From Diplonema japonicum (Eukaryota; Protista; Euglenozoa: Diplonemea): a stretch of DNA of 64,000 nucleotides. The number at the start of each line of letters is the position of its first letter. Within the stretch, counting starts at the first letter, position 1. The DNA lies in contig OZ025697.1 in the NCBI GenBank assembly GCA_964019335.1, forward strand, positions 434,001-498,000, in the 5' to 3' direction. Under the pieces are notes generated by a model. That model did no database searches, was not told the origin of the DNA, and saw only the letters and a program-made list of their open reading frames with translations. This document shows, piece after piece, positions 42,801 through 53,800 of the stretch. The position numbers and the translations under genes are program-made.

Positions 42801-45800
42801 TATCTTTCATCGTTTCAAAGAAAGCTTGTTTCTCGGTTCTGAAGTACTCCAGCACGTTAGGTCCAAAAGCGCCGTCTTGGCTGATTGAGAAGGCGAATAT
42901 GACCGCTCTGTCAGAAGGGTGGATTACTTTGAGAACTGCACTGAGTGCATTGTCTACTTTTGGATGCCTACAGCCGCCCCTGACACTGTTGATGGTGTCG
43001 ATGAAGGCAGTGTAGATGACATGATTCCTGTGGCATCCGAGGAACAGGCACAGCAGCATGGTAGGGGATGTGATGGCAGCCGCCCAGTGCTTAGTCGTAC
43101 ACGACAGCAAGTACGCCACAGCGTCGAACAGCAGCACGACTGAGAACAGCACAGTAGAAGGTACGGGTGGTGGCTCTCGCTTTGAGATCCAGTCCTTCAG
43201 CAGCTCTTCCAGGCATGCCTCCAATGTCTTGTACACGATCGCTGATCTTGCCAACTTCGTCTCGAGCTTCTTCTTTACTAACCTTCCCATTAAGATGGCA
43301 ACTCTGCTGTCTGTCGATGGCGTGATCTTCTTCAACAGCTTGCACATAGCTTCTGCTGACACCTTGGCAACGTCCAGCAACAGTAAAACCTTTAAGACCC
43401 CCGATCTATGCGGCCACCAGGCAGAGGGAGTCTCAAGGAACAAGAGAAGCTTTTCAAAAACTATGCCGTGATCGATACCTAAGCAAAGAGAGGCTGCCAA
43501 GCTGATGGGGTCGTGCGCAGCTTCAAGGGTGTCCTTCAAGGAGCAAGCGTCTGCATCTGACAGTAAAGAGCACACTTCGCACAGCACATCTACAGTGTCC
43601 TTTGTGCACTCGGCGCCTTTCCAGTTGCGTTGCGACCACTTCGCTAAGTAAACAACCACGTGAGCGGTACTCAATTCGGGGAAGTTTCGTAACAGCCTCG
43701 CGCACACTCCCAGGCTATGGCTGCCACAGTACAAGTCGTCACCTGCAAGGCACGTCACAATGGTCTCAGCAGCAACGGCAGACTTCCCAGACCCCGATAG
43801 CAAAGGGACAAGTGCGTCCAGCAGCTTATACGTCTTGGACTCCACAGCCCTGTCAACGATCCCGCGGACGGCTTCTGAAATCTCACTGTTACGGTCCACC
43901 TCCTTCGCAATCACAGGCAACACCTGGTACAGCAGCCTCAACAGTGGCACTGGCGCATATAACACTCGCTGCAGCTCCTCTTGGTCATCCCGTGACCCTG
44001 ACCATCCTACAAGCTGCGTTTCTGCAGCAGAAACTAGTCTCTTGGCTAATTCTTTCTGAGGGTCGAGCCTGCTGAAGTCAACTCCACGGCAGTACAGAGT
44101 GTAAAGTAGCCGCAAGGCCGCACATGGGACCGCAGGGTCCATCGATCGGAAATAAAGTTGCAACGCTTCTAAGATTGGATTCAAGAAAAAATGCAGAGGG
44201 GCTGCCTTTTCACTACCCTTCAAAGTACGTGTTCTCCTGATGGCACCCACAGGACTGAACTCACTGGGGAGGGGTGTGTGGCGGGACATGTCGGGGTGCC
44301 CGTAAGACGTGCGGAACATGGACCGCAGCAAGTCCAACACTAATTTAGATTGCGAGTTCCGGAAGAGTGCTACAACGCGCAGCATGGGGTCCGTCAGCGC
44401 GCACACCAACTTTTGGTCAGCACCCTCCTCGACGAGCGAGACGAGAAGAGACAGTGACACTTGGCAAAGACCACTGAAGCCCTCCGGCAGTTCATCAGTT
44501 GCTTTCTTAGAGATCGCCTTGTGTGCCACAGCCTTCGACCCCACAATGCAGTTAACCACAGCTTCGTTCAAGTACATTTGTGACGTGTCTGTAGTCGAGT
44601 CTAAGTTGCACGACGCAAGCTGCGAGGCTACAGCCCTCAGTATCTCCTGCGGCGACACCTGAGAGTCCGTGATGGCCGCACGTTGCGCGATGGCTGCCGT
44701 GACAAGGCACCACTGAAGTGCCACCTGCACCAACAACGAGTGGTACGTAGATGTACTCATATGCTGAGCGGATCCTGCGAGAAAGCCTTGCAACGTCATC
44801 AACAGCACAATGATGTGCTTCAGCTGCGGATAAGGTTGGTTTATCAGCAGTTTCATGGCCTGAAGGAGGATAGAAACAACGGAATTGCTGTGGATGGCGT
44901 GCAGGCTAGCGTATTCGCAGCCGCTGTAACCAAACGTCTTCGAAAGAGTGTGCAACACGCGCAAGTAACCAGACAGCTTGGAGGAGAGTCTGTTCCGCCC
45001 GGCTCTTGTGCCCCCAACGATGAATGCCAACTTCGACAATGTGAACCGCATGGCCTCCGCCACATTAGCGTGGGTGGCGTCCTCACTCATAATGGTGCTT
45101 GCGTTACTGTGCCATTCCTCAGGTCTAGTTTGCGCAAAGAGGCAGGCGTCAGTAATTGTGTATCCCGACTTGGGACAGGGCACGTTCGTAGAGGCAGCTG
45201 TCCCCCAGTTGGGGGGTGCGATGGCATCGATAGACAAGATTGTCGGCACTCGCGACAGCATCGTGCACAACGAGACACCCGCCTTAGACCGCACCCTGTC
45301 ATCGTTGTCGAGACACAGCACCAAGCACCACCACAGCCCTGCGTTGGCCAGCCTGGAGTCAATAGTCAGTTTCCATGGTATAACTGCACAGAGGGAGAGT
45401 AGCTCGTTCGGCACTGTCCACACACCGCCCCACCTACCGAGTTCTTTCGCCGCTGCATGGTCGCAGAGAGTGATCCCCAGCAAGTTGTGTGCTGCCACGA
45501 AGCACTCACGCGACTTGTCCTTCAGCATAACAGGGAGCGCTATTGACAGCGCATGAAGGCAGCTCTTTTGTGTATAAGTGCATGGCCGCTCATCGAGCTG
45601 CAGTGTCGACGCTTGCTTGCTTCTGATAAGCTTGAGCAGCAGCAGAGCTTCCCCGTGAACTCCACAACTCATAAGACCACTTATAGTTCTGCCTGTGGCC
45701 ACGATGGCAGCGCTGCTCACAGCAGTGTCGTGGTGTTTCGATAGCGTAAAAAGAAGCTTGCTGCATTTGCGAAGTAATTCAGGTGTCTGGTTGATAGAGC

Positions 45801-46887
45801 ACGTAAAGCCCATTTGTTGGATGCAGTACCCTACTGCTGATTCCTGTCCCTTGCCCGGCCACTCCTGCAGCCATTCAATGAGAGATGTGAGTTGCCCTGC
45901 AGAAGAGTCCACCCATCCTGCGGTGTTCAGGATTGCGAGCATATTGTTGCTGTCCTCTACGAGAGTCAGAGCGTGTCCGTAGGCATCCAGCGCTGCAGTG
46001 AGCAAAGAAGCGTCGCCCTCTTGCGACGTGAAGCTTTCCACAGCGTGTGCGGTGATGGCATTGATGCCAGCCAGCATAGGGATGAGCGCCTCTTTTTCAA
46101 CGTACGGCTGCAACGAGACTATCTTCGTCAACTCGGACAGAGTCGTGATGATGCCTTTAGCTTCTGCTGCTTCGCACCCGCTTAAGTAACGTGCCTGCAA
46201 CTCAGCGGCGAATGGAGCCACCGCGCAGGGCCTGCTGTACGCCAGTATAGTTGCAGCGGCCGTGGAGCATGATCTTCGAAGTGCGTCCTCAGGGTGCGCA
46301 AGCAATGACTTCGTTGGTGTCCACAGTCTGTTGAAGAGCGCGTCGGGGACACCGGGCAGGATGTGCGGTGCGAAGTCCTTGGCACAGCTACCTATGACAG
46401 TAAGCACCTGTGCGTGCTTTTCTTCTAACAACTCGGACAGGGGCATGACAAAGCCTTTCACTAACACGGGTTTCAGTGTGCCATCAACGAATTTGCACAT
46501 TGCCGACGCGACCTCCAAAGCTGTTCTCTGCACGTGTGGGGTACCGGGCCTTAGACCTTCAAGCAGCTTCTGGAACACCGCCTTTTCACCCTGCCCTCTG
46601 TGCACCATCTGCCACGATACCAGATGCAAAGCATCCCGCACTGTGTCATACAGGGTCAGGTCACCTTCAGCGGACGCGTTCCCGCACAGCTTGAGCAGCA
46701 CTTGAATCGATCTGTGGAGGCAACGCTGTGCATCGGGTGCATCGTTCAACCCTGGTGTCGACAGGAGCTGTGCCACTCCTGTTGACAAAGATGCGACGCT
46801 GCTGGGCACAGACCCATTGCCCCCTTCAAGGCATTGATCTAGGTTGTCAAGTATCTTGTCACATGAGCTTATCTTAGAAGACCACAT
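39804..46887 (-). CDS. HTT: Huntingtin-like HEAT-repeat protein (about 2330 aa), with two small 3' introns (40028-40064, 39862-39900)
   Basis: All-helical composition. Ordered blocks resemble huntingtin: LLAHPEDALRRSCSTAAATILAYSR, WTVPNELLSLCAVIPW, DNDDRVRSKAGVSL and PILEALQLYF...GVDFSRLDPQ. Confidence 0.7.
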
Positions 46888-46961
46888 GCCTCGCCCTGTG
46901 TGGCTGGTTGCGGTACAGAATAGAGAATAGAGGACTGTACTAATCTTGTAAAAGATTCATG

Positions 46962-47375
46962 TCACGGCTCTACTGTTATTTTTGTTTTATCGGCCTGTTC
47001 ACTCTGCTGAAGTCGAGTGTGCAGTCTCTCTAAATCGTTCTTCCACCAAGTCGCGTACTCCTGCGACCACCACTGGTCGTACTCTTGCACCCATGTCATG
47101 GTGCCCACGTAGCGTGTTCTGTATTCGAAAATAGGCTTGAAACGCTCGCCGTATTGCTGCTTCCACGTCAGTAGGACTTCTGTATGCCACCGTAGCCATG
47201 CTTCTTTTGTCTTCCTGTTCAAGTCTCTCGCCTGTATACTGGGCAGCGAAGGGGGCGGCTCTTCCGTCTCGACAACCACAGTTGCTTTGCAGGCTTTGCT
47301 ACTGACAGTGCCTCTCCCGTCACCGTTCACACCGCACCACGGCACCTCGTCCACCTGTGAACAAGACTGTCCCAT
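46962..47375 (-). CDS. Small Trp-rich protein with N-terminal dual-acylation motif
   Basis: ATG-started ORF beginning MGQSCS (G2 myristoylation and nearby Cys palmitoylation pattern). Confidence 0.7.
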   Translation of the reverse strand: MGQSCSQVDEVPWCGVNGDGRGTVSSKACKATVVVETEEPPPSLPSIQARDLNRKTKEAWLRWHTEVLLTWKQQYGERFKPIFEYRTRYVGTMTWVQEYDQWWSQEYATWWKNDLERLHTRLQQSEQADKTKITVEP

Positions 47376-47498
47376 TACCTAAGTGCGATAAAAGATACAT
47401 GAAACGACTAATAACTGACAATAACACTGCAGCTTGAGCTGGAGTACCAGATGTTTCAAGTAAATAAAATAACGTTTTGGATTCTGTTTGTCTTCTGC

Positions 47499-48746
47499 TC
47501 ACACTACGACACGTCCGTCTCTAATAACCGAGCTCGTAGTGTGCCCTGAGATGTGCTGCAAGAGTGACTGCATGATGGGGGGTTCACCCGGAGGCGGTGT
47601 TTGCAGTGACATGTCCGCGATGGAACCCTCCCCGATCCACCCAAGGTCAGCACGCCCAAGTGCCCGTCCTGCATTTCTCGTAATACCGACAAGTGCTTCC
47701 TCCATGGTGAGGCCCTGCACGATGCAGGACAGGGTGGCGCACAACCACAGGTCATGCACGGGAGAAGAACCAGGATTGAGATCGGTAGCCACCGCAATGG
47801 GGATGCCGTTCTCGCGAAGCTGAGTCACGGGCGGGGAGGTATCCCTTAAGTAAACCTGTGCACCGGGTAAGATCACGGCAACCGTGTTGTTTTCCTTCAT
47901 TGCTGCGATGCCGTCGTCGTCGAGCCTCTCGAGATGGTCCACTGAAATGGCACCCATCCTGGACGCAGCCGCGGCGATGCCTGTGTGCGCCACCTGCTCA
48001 GAGTGCGCCTTGATCGCAAGACCAAGGTCCTTGCCTGCCTGGAGGATCCTGATGCCCTCTTCCAACGTAAAGGCGCCCTTGTCGCAGTACACATCTATAG
48101 CGTCGCTGTAGGGTGCCACGAGTGGCAACTGCTCATTGACCACCTGGTCTACATAAGCCGCTTTGTTGTCGCGCCACTCCTGCGGTGTAGTGTGCGCACC
48201 GAGGAAGGTAGTGATCACACGTACTGTGTCGTCGCAGGCCTTCGCGGCTTTGAGCATTTTGAGTTCGTCCTGGGGTGTGAGACCGTATCCTGACTTTATC
48301 TCCACTGTGGTAACACCCCTGCGGAGCATGCGGGCAACCCTTTGTTTGGCCGTCGCTGTAAGCTGTTCGACAGTTGCCTCGCGTGTGGCGTTCACAGTGC
48401 AGAGAATGCCACCACCGGCTTCGAGAATCTCGGTGTAGGTTGCACCAGCAAGCCTCTTGCCGAACTCTTCACTGCGCGTGCCTGCGTGTACTGTGTGTGT
48501 GTGGCAGTCTACCAACCCCGGGACACCGACCATCCCAGTGCCGTCGATCATCTTCTCGCCCTCTGGAGCAGCATCACTCGCACCCACGTACACAACCTGC
48601 CCGTCCTTGAACGACACAGCTGCATTCTCAATCAATCCCAGGTTGCCCGCTCCTATCTTCTCGTTCATCGTGTATAAAGACGAAATAGAATGCACTGTCA
48701 CATCGGACATCATCCGTCTGCCCATCTTCGTGACCGCACCGAGCAT
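47499..48746 (-). CDS. hutI: Imidazolonepropionase (bacterial-type), with N-terminal presequence
   Basis: PGLVDCHTH, GGGI, GVTTVEIKSGYGL, TFLGAH, HSEQ, SVDHLE and ATDLNPGSS motifs. Confidence 0.95.
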   Translation of the reverse strand: MLGAVTKMGRRMMSDVTVHSISSLYTMNEKIGAGNLGLIENAAVSFKDGQVVYVGASDAAPEGEKMIDGTGMVGVPGLVDCHTHTVHAGTRSEEFGKRLAGATYTEILEAGGGILCTVNATREATVEQLTATAKQRVARMLRRGVTTVEIKSGYGLTPQDELKMLKAAKACDDTVRVITTFLGAHTTPQEWRDNKAAYVDQVVNEQLPLVAPYSDAIDVYCDKGAFTLEEGIRILQAGKDLGLAIKAHSEQVAHTGIAAAASRMGAISVDHLERLDDDGIAAMKENNTVAVILPGAQVYLRDTSPPVTQLRENGIPIAVATDLNPGSSPVHDLWLCATLSCIVQGLTMEEALVGITRNAGRALGRADLGWIGEGSIADMSLQTPPPGEPPIMQSLLQHISGHTTSSVIRDGRVVV

Positions 48747-48915
48747 TTTGCTTGCTGTTATGTAAAGTGATGTTGTTGGATATGCTTGATAATAATGTTT
48801 TGAATACGCAGTTTCTGGGAGCCAGTTAAGATGTGGTGCGTTCTTTCAACAGGCTAGAAACGCACCGTAGTAGGCACCTTGTTGTTCTCCCAGAAATGCA
48901 AAACAAACGGGAATA

Positions 48916-50733
48916 CTAAAATACTATCTGGTCGTCTGCCAGAGGGATGTATTCCTTAAGCATCTTCCTGAGGTCGATGTCCCCGTCGTGATTGAAGTAG
49001 CAGCTGAGCTTGTCGTAGGCGCCATCGTGGCCTGGGCCCAGCCTCTTGTTGATAATGTCAATGGCCTGCTCTCTGGGGAGGACATCTGTGTCTTCCGATG
49101 TCACAAGAGGGATGAAAAAAGTGAGGAACTCGCTGGGTGTGATCCACCCGTTGTTGTCGGCGTCCATGATGTTCCACACGTTCTGCAGCACGATCTTGCA
49201 GAAGTCGCCCTGTTCCTCTGCAGTCTGCAGGAATTCCTCGAAGGTGATGAGGCCGTCCTTGTCACTGTCGATCATGTTGAAGGTGAGGTGCAGCTCCTTC
49301 ATCGTGTAGTTCCACGCCGTACGCGAGAACCTCGACACCAGCGTGTCCTTCACGTCTCTGGAAGCCTCGATATTGAGCGGCACCTCAAACCGTGCCACAG
49401 CCTCGTGCAGGGGCTTGATGTCATCCATCTTCTCTGCCGCCGCATGGTACAGCACCACCACATGGTACTGTCTATCAAGATCTAGAGGCACTCCCTTCAA
49501 ATGCGTCACCACGTTGTCTTTGATGGTGAGAGCATCGCAGGTCTGGAGGTACGCACCAGTTTCAACAGGCGGGTCCCTCATGCTGGGCTCTCTCGCGTGT
49601 GCTATGGCATCACGGATCACCTTCCCAGATAGAGAAACGCATACCAGCCTTGAATCAAAGGGGATCTCTTTGCGTAGGTCCCTGTACGTAAAATCGTGGC
49701 CTTTTGTGTATGTTGTGGACCCTCTAATGGAACCAGAGTTTATCATGCCACAGTCTGCACGGTAGGCGTCACGCATGCACGAGACGAGCACAGCGGCCAG
49801 AGAAGTGGGCCCCCTGCGCATTCCCACGCTCGTGAGCTCCTTTTGTGCCCTGAAGAGCGTGGCATGCTCGAACTTCTCTAGCACTTTCATGTGCTGGCGT
49901 GCCACCATCTCCACTTCAGGATCCTTCCCGAAGGTATGTGACTTCACTGTCATGATATCCACCTCCGGTGCTTCACCCTCTTGCAGCGTCAAGTCAATCA
50001 CGCCTATCATCTCAGCGTCCTTGCCCACTTTCAGAATAGTACTGCCATTCACCACCTCGCGGTACGCAGTGTGGTCATGCCCTCCTATTATGAGGGGGAA
50101 CTTGTCCCCGAAATGCTCTGCGAACGCCCTGTCATCCTCGATGCCCTGGTGCGTCATTGGAACGATCATGTCGACCTTGCCCTTCAGCAGCTCGTACATC
50201 TCCTCTGCCTTCTGGATGGTGGGTGTCATTGTTGCACCGTTAAAGCGGCTGCTCGGGTACAAGCTGATGTCTGGTGTCAGGAGGCCAAGCAGGGCAATCT
50301 TAAAGGCTCCGACATTGATGATCTCGAAGAGAGGCAACTTGCCGTCCACCATCCAGGGGAGATCACGCACCTTCTGCGGCAGCGGTGGGTCCATGTTGCT
50401 GCTGATCCATGTGAACTTGCTCTCACAGATTCTCTTCATCAGCTCAGCGTATGGGACATCATTCTCGTGGTTCCCAAGACACACGTAGTCAAGTGCGCAA
50501 TGGTTCAGCACGTCTACCATTCCTATACCGTTGTCAAGCTTCGACAGCACGGAAGGTGCTAAGAAGTCTCCAGCCAGCACCTTGATCGTCTGTCTGTCGC
50601 GGCTCAGCTCTCTTGCGCCCGTGGCGTACGGGGCCATGTTGTCAAACTCGTAAACATCGTTCTGTTCGCGTGTCGTTGCTCATGTCCATACCAGCTGCAG
50701 GATCCTCAGCCGCGCTGCTGCTCTCTTCGTCAT
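48916..50733 (-). CDS. 5'-nucleotidase-family metallophosphoesterase with C-terminal EF-hands; exons 50733-50692 and 50661-48916
   Basis: Splicing the 30-nt intron 50662-50691 restores LRILQL|NDVY. GDFLAPS, GNHE, MTH and GGHDH motifs; EF loops DSDKDGLITFEE and DADNNGWITPSE. Confidence 0.9.
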
Positions 50734-50818
50734 CTTCTGTCCTGTGTGGTTGCGGTGTCAATATGGCTACAAAGTAGACTACAACTAAACAACTAAAAAG
50801 TACTCTAGGTCGTATCGT

Positions 50819-53800
50819 CTAGTCTTCCAGCTCCAGTGCTTCTGATAGCTCTGCCACCAGCAGCTGAGACTCTTTCAGTTCATGTTCTAGCCTAATCTTT
50901 TCCGCAGCTGCAGTCTCTAATGCTTCTGCTGCTTCGTTTTCGAGTCTTCCGTGCTCCTGTTGAGCTTTTGTTCGCTCTGCTGACACTTTTGCCAGTTCTT
51001 TCTGCAACTCTGCCATCGCGTTCCCCGGTGCCGTCGATATGGCAACCATCTCCAGCTCTGTGCGAAGGGATGCGATTGTCTGCCTGCTTGTCTCTTCGGT
51101 CGTCTGCAGCTCTTTCCTTGATTCTTCTGTTTCCATCTGAAGTGCCGTTGCTTCTTCTAATTTCTTGCCCACTTCTTCGAGTTTTGAAACGTTTGACTTC
51201 AGCTCATATTTGTTCTGCTTCAGCTCTTCTTCTAATTCTTGTATTTTTGTCTTTGCAGTCGCTATTTTTGTGTTCAGCTCACTGCACAGCTCTTTGTGCT
51301 TCTCGACTTCGCTCCTGAGGCCTGTTTCTATCCCTTCCCTCATGCTATCCGCTGTATCATTCTCTGCAAGTGCGGACTCCAGCTCTTCTATCTCGCTGTT
51401 TTGTTGACTAATGCGTAGCTCCAGGTTCTGCACTTCGTTCTCATGCATCACCCGCTCAGCTTGGATCTCTTGTTCCACAAGGCCCATCTCGTAGCGCAGT
51501 CTTTCCTTGTCCTGTTCTATCCTAGTCACCGCGCCTTCTAGAGCGCTGCAGGCCTTGCTTGCTTCTTCGAGCTGTGAACACAACCGTGCCTCCTCTACTG
51601 ACCACGATTCGTTTCTGTTTGCGAAGGCATCGCCCGCGCCCCGCCAGTTCTCCAACGACCGCTCATTCATGACTGCCAGCATTCTTGCCATGTGTGCTTC
51701 TGTAGCAACTTCCATCTCGAGTCTCTCGATGGTCTCGTCGTCCTCTACCTTCATCTTCGCTGCGCTGTCCAAGGCGTCAGCATGCAGCAAGATCGCAGCG
51801 TCTTTGTCGGCAATGATGGCCTCAACACCCTCCATTGCGTCCCTCTGCATGAGGGACACTTCCTTCTCCAGATCGTCCACTCTGCGGTTTGCAACTTCCA
51901 GTTCCACATCAGTCTCCGCCAGCTGCTCTGCCATCGCACCTAGCTCTGCAGCCAGCTCCTCACGTACGGTCTCGCTCTCCGTGAGCTTCTTCTTCCATCT
52001 GTTATTGAGCTTTGTCATCTCTTCCTGCATTTGTTTCCCAAGCGTGGCCCTCAGTTTCTGTACGGATTCTTCGTCAGAAAGGAAACCCTCGGCATCAGGC
52101 CATTGCATGCTCGCGTCCTGCTTAGGCGGCCCTGCGAAGGATTCTTCGAGTCTCTTGCAGCGATCGTAGCTTGCTCCAAGTGCCAAGTCGCTATCGTTGG
52201 CATGTGCCTTAGTTGCCGCATCATGGAGCTCCTCCGCTAGCTGTGTGAGACTAGGTGCTGCGTCCGGGTGTCGTGTTGCTGCTGCTTTGGCCTCTTCCGA
52301 AAGGCGTGTGAGTTCTGCGCTGTCGACGGTCCCTCCTGCGGTCACTCTGGTAGAAAGCGCGAGTGTTCTTGAAGCAAGGTCTGCAACAGCACCAGCAGCA
52401 CCGCGCACTGGAAGCCCTGCGGCCATGGCCGCAGTGTCGCGCAGCCTTCCCAACACAGGGACATCAACGTTGAGGGTCTCTGCGATCTCTTGCAGACTGT
52501 TTGCCACGTCACGCAACTCCTGAGTAGCATGAGGGTCCTCCAATCTGTTCGAGCCTTCGAAAGCCTCCTCAGATAAGGTCACCAGGTCCTTGCGGGAAGG
52601 TTGGATACCATATGCAGCACAAGATTCCAGTCCCCACAACGACCTCGCCACACGGCGGGCGCTGCATGAAGCACTTGCTGCACCTTCACACAGCTCCCTT
52701 GCACCTTGGAGAGAGGCAAGAATGGCATCGGGGACTTGCTTCTCCATTGCATCGTAAATAAGAGACTCCACCGTCTGCATAGCTTTAGCGACAATACTGG
52801 TGCCCGATTGTCCCTTGAGGGCATCTCTAGTTGCTGATCGCATTTCCTCAGCGTTGTCCTGCAGCGTGGCACCATTTGCTAATGACTTTTCAAGGTCGCG
52901 TAACTTAGCCGCTAGAGCAGAAGCAGCAGCTTCACCAGCTGAAGGACCTACTTCGGTGATCTCTTTCTCTGCTGCCACCACGTCAACAGGGGAAGGGAAA
53001 CTGTGCAGAGTTTCAGATGCCTCAGCAGGTAGGTGTCCCTTCTTCTGCAGTGCATCCAGCATGCCCCTCAGTCGCTCGGCGATAAGTCGTGAGGCAGCCT
53101 CGTCGCCACCTATCTTCCCGCCAATTTTCGAAAGCTGAGAGTTTAGAACAAGAATGTCAGCGGACGACGGTGTGCGTTGACTGCTGTCTGCAACCGAAGC
53201 TTTGCACCTGGCTGCTACACCCCTCAGTGCATCTGCTGTTTCTCCTAAGGTTCTTGAAACGCCGGTCAGCGACGTCCTGTCGCACGCACCACTCGCTGCT
53301 CCTGCGGCATCTCCTGCTAGATTCAGTGCTATCACTGCTTCTTGCAAGGCAGGTGGGTCAGCAGCACCTCCACCTACACCACCGCAACTATCTAGCAACT
53401 TTGCTGCATGTGTTATTTTTTCGAGGCACCTCTCGACATTCTCTTGAGCGTCAGCAACATCTGTCAGAAGGATCGCCACTTCATCAAGGCTCTTAGTGTG
53501 GCTACTGTTCTCCATCAACAGAGCAGCGGCGTCACCCAGCGCCATGGCTATAATCGATCTCGCGGGGACGGCCTGGGCTGCCCCCTGCAGCTCGGCGACA
53601 AGCGTGTCGACACTCATAGCAGTGCAGGAACTGTCGATGGTGTTTGATTGGATTTTATTTGATAAGTCTTTGCAGAAGGTTACGCTCCTCCTTGCCACGA
53701 CTATAGCAGATCGGAGACCACACCCTGTGGCGGCCTCTGCTTGCTGTGCACCCCGCCACATGTCACCAGCACTTGGCATCCCTGAAGAAAGCTTATCAAC

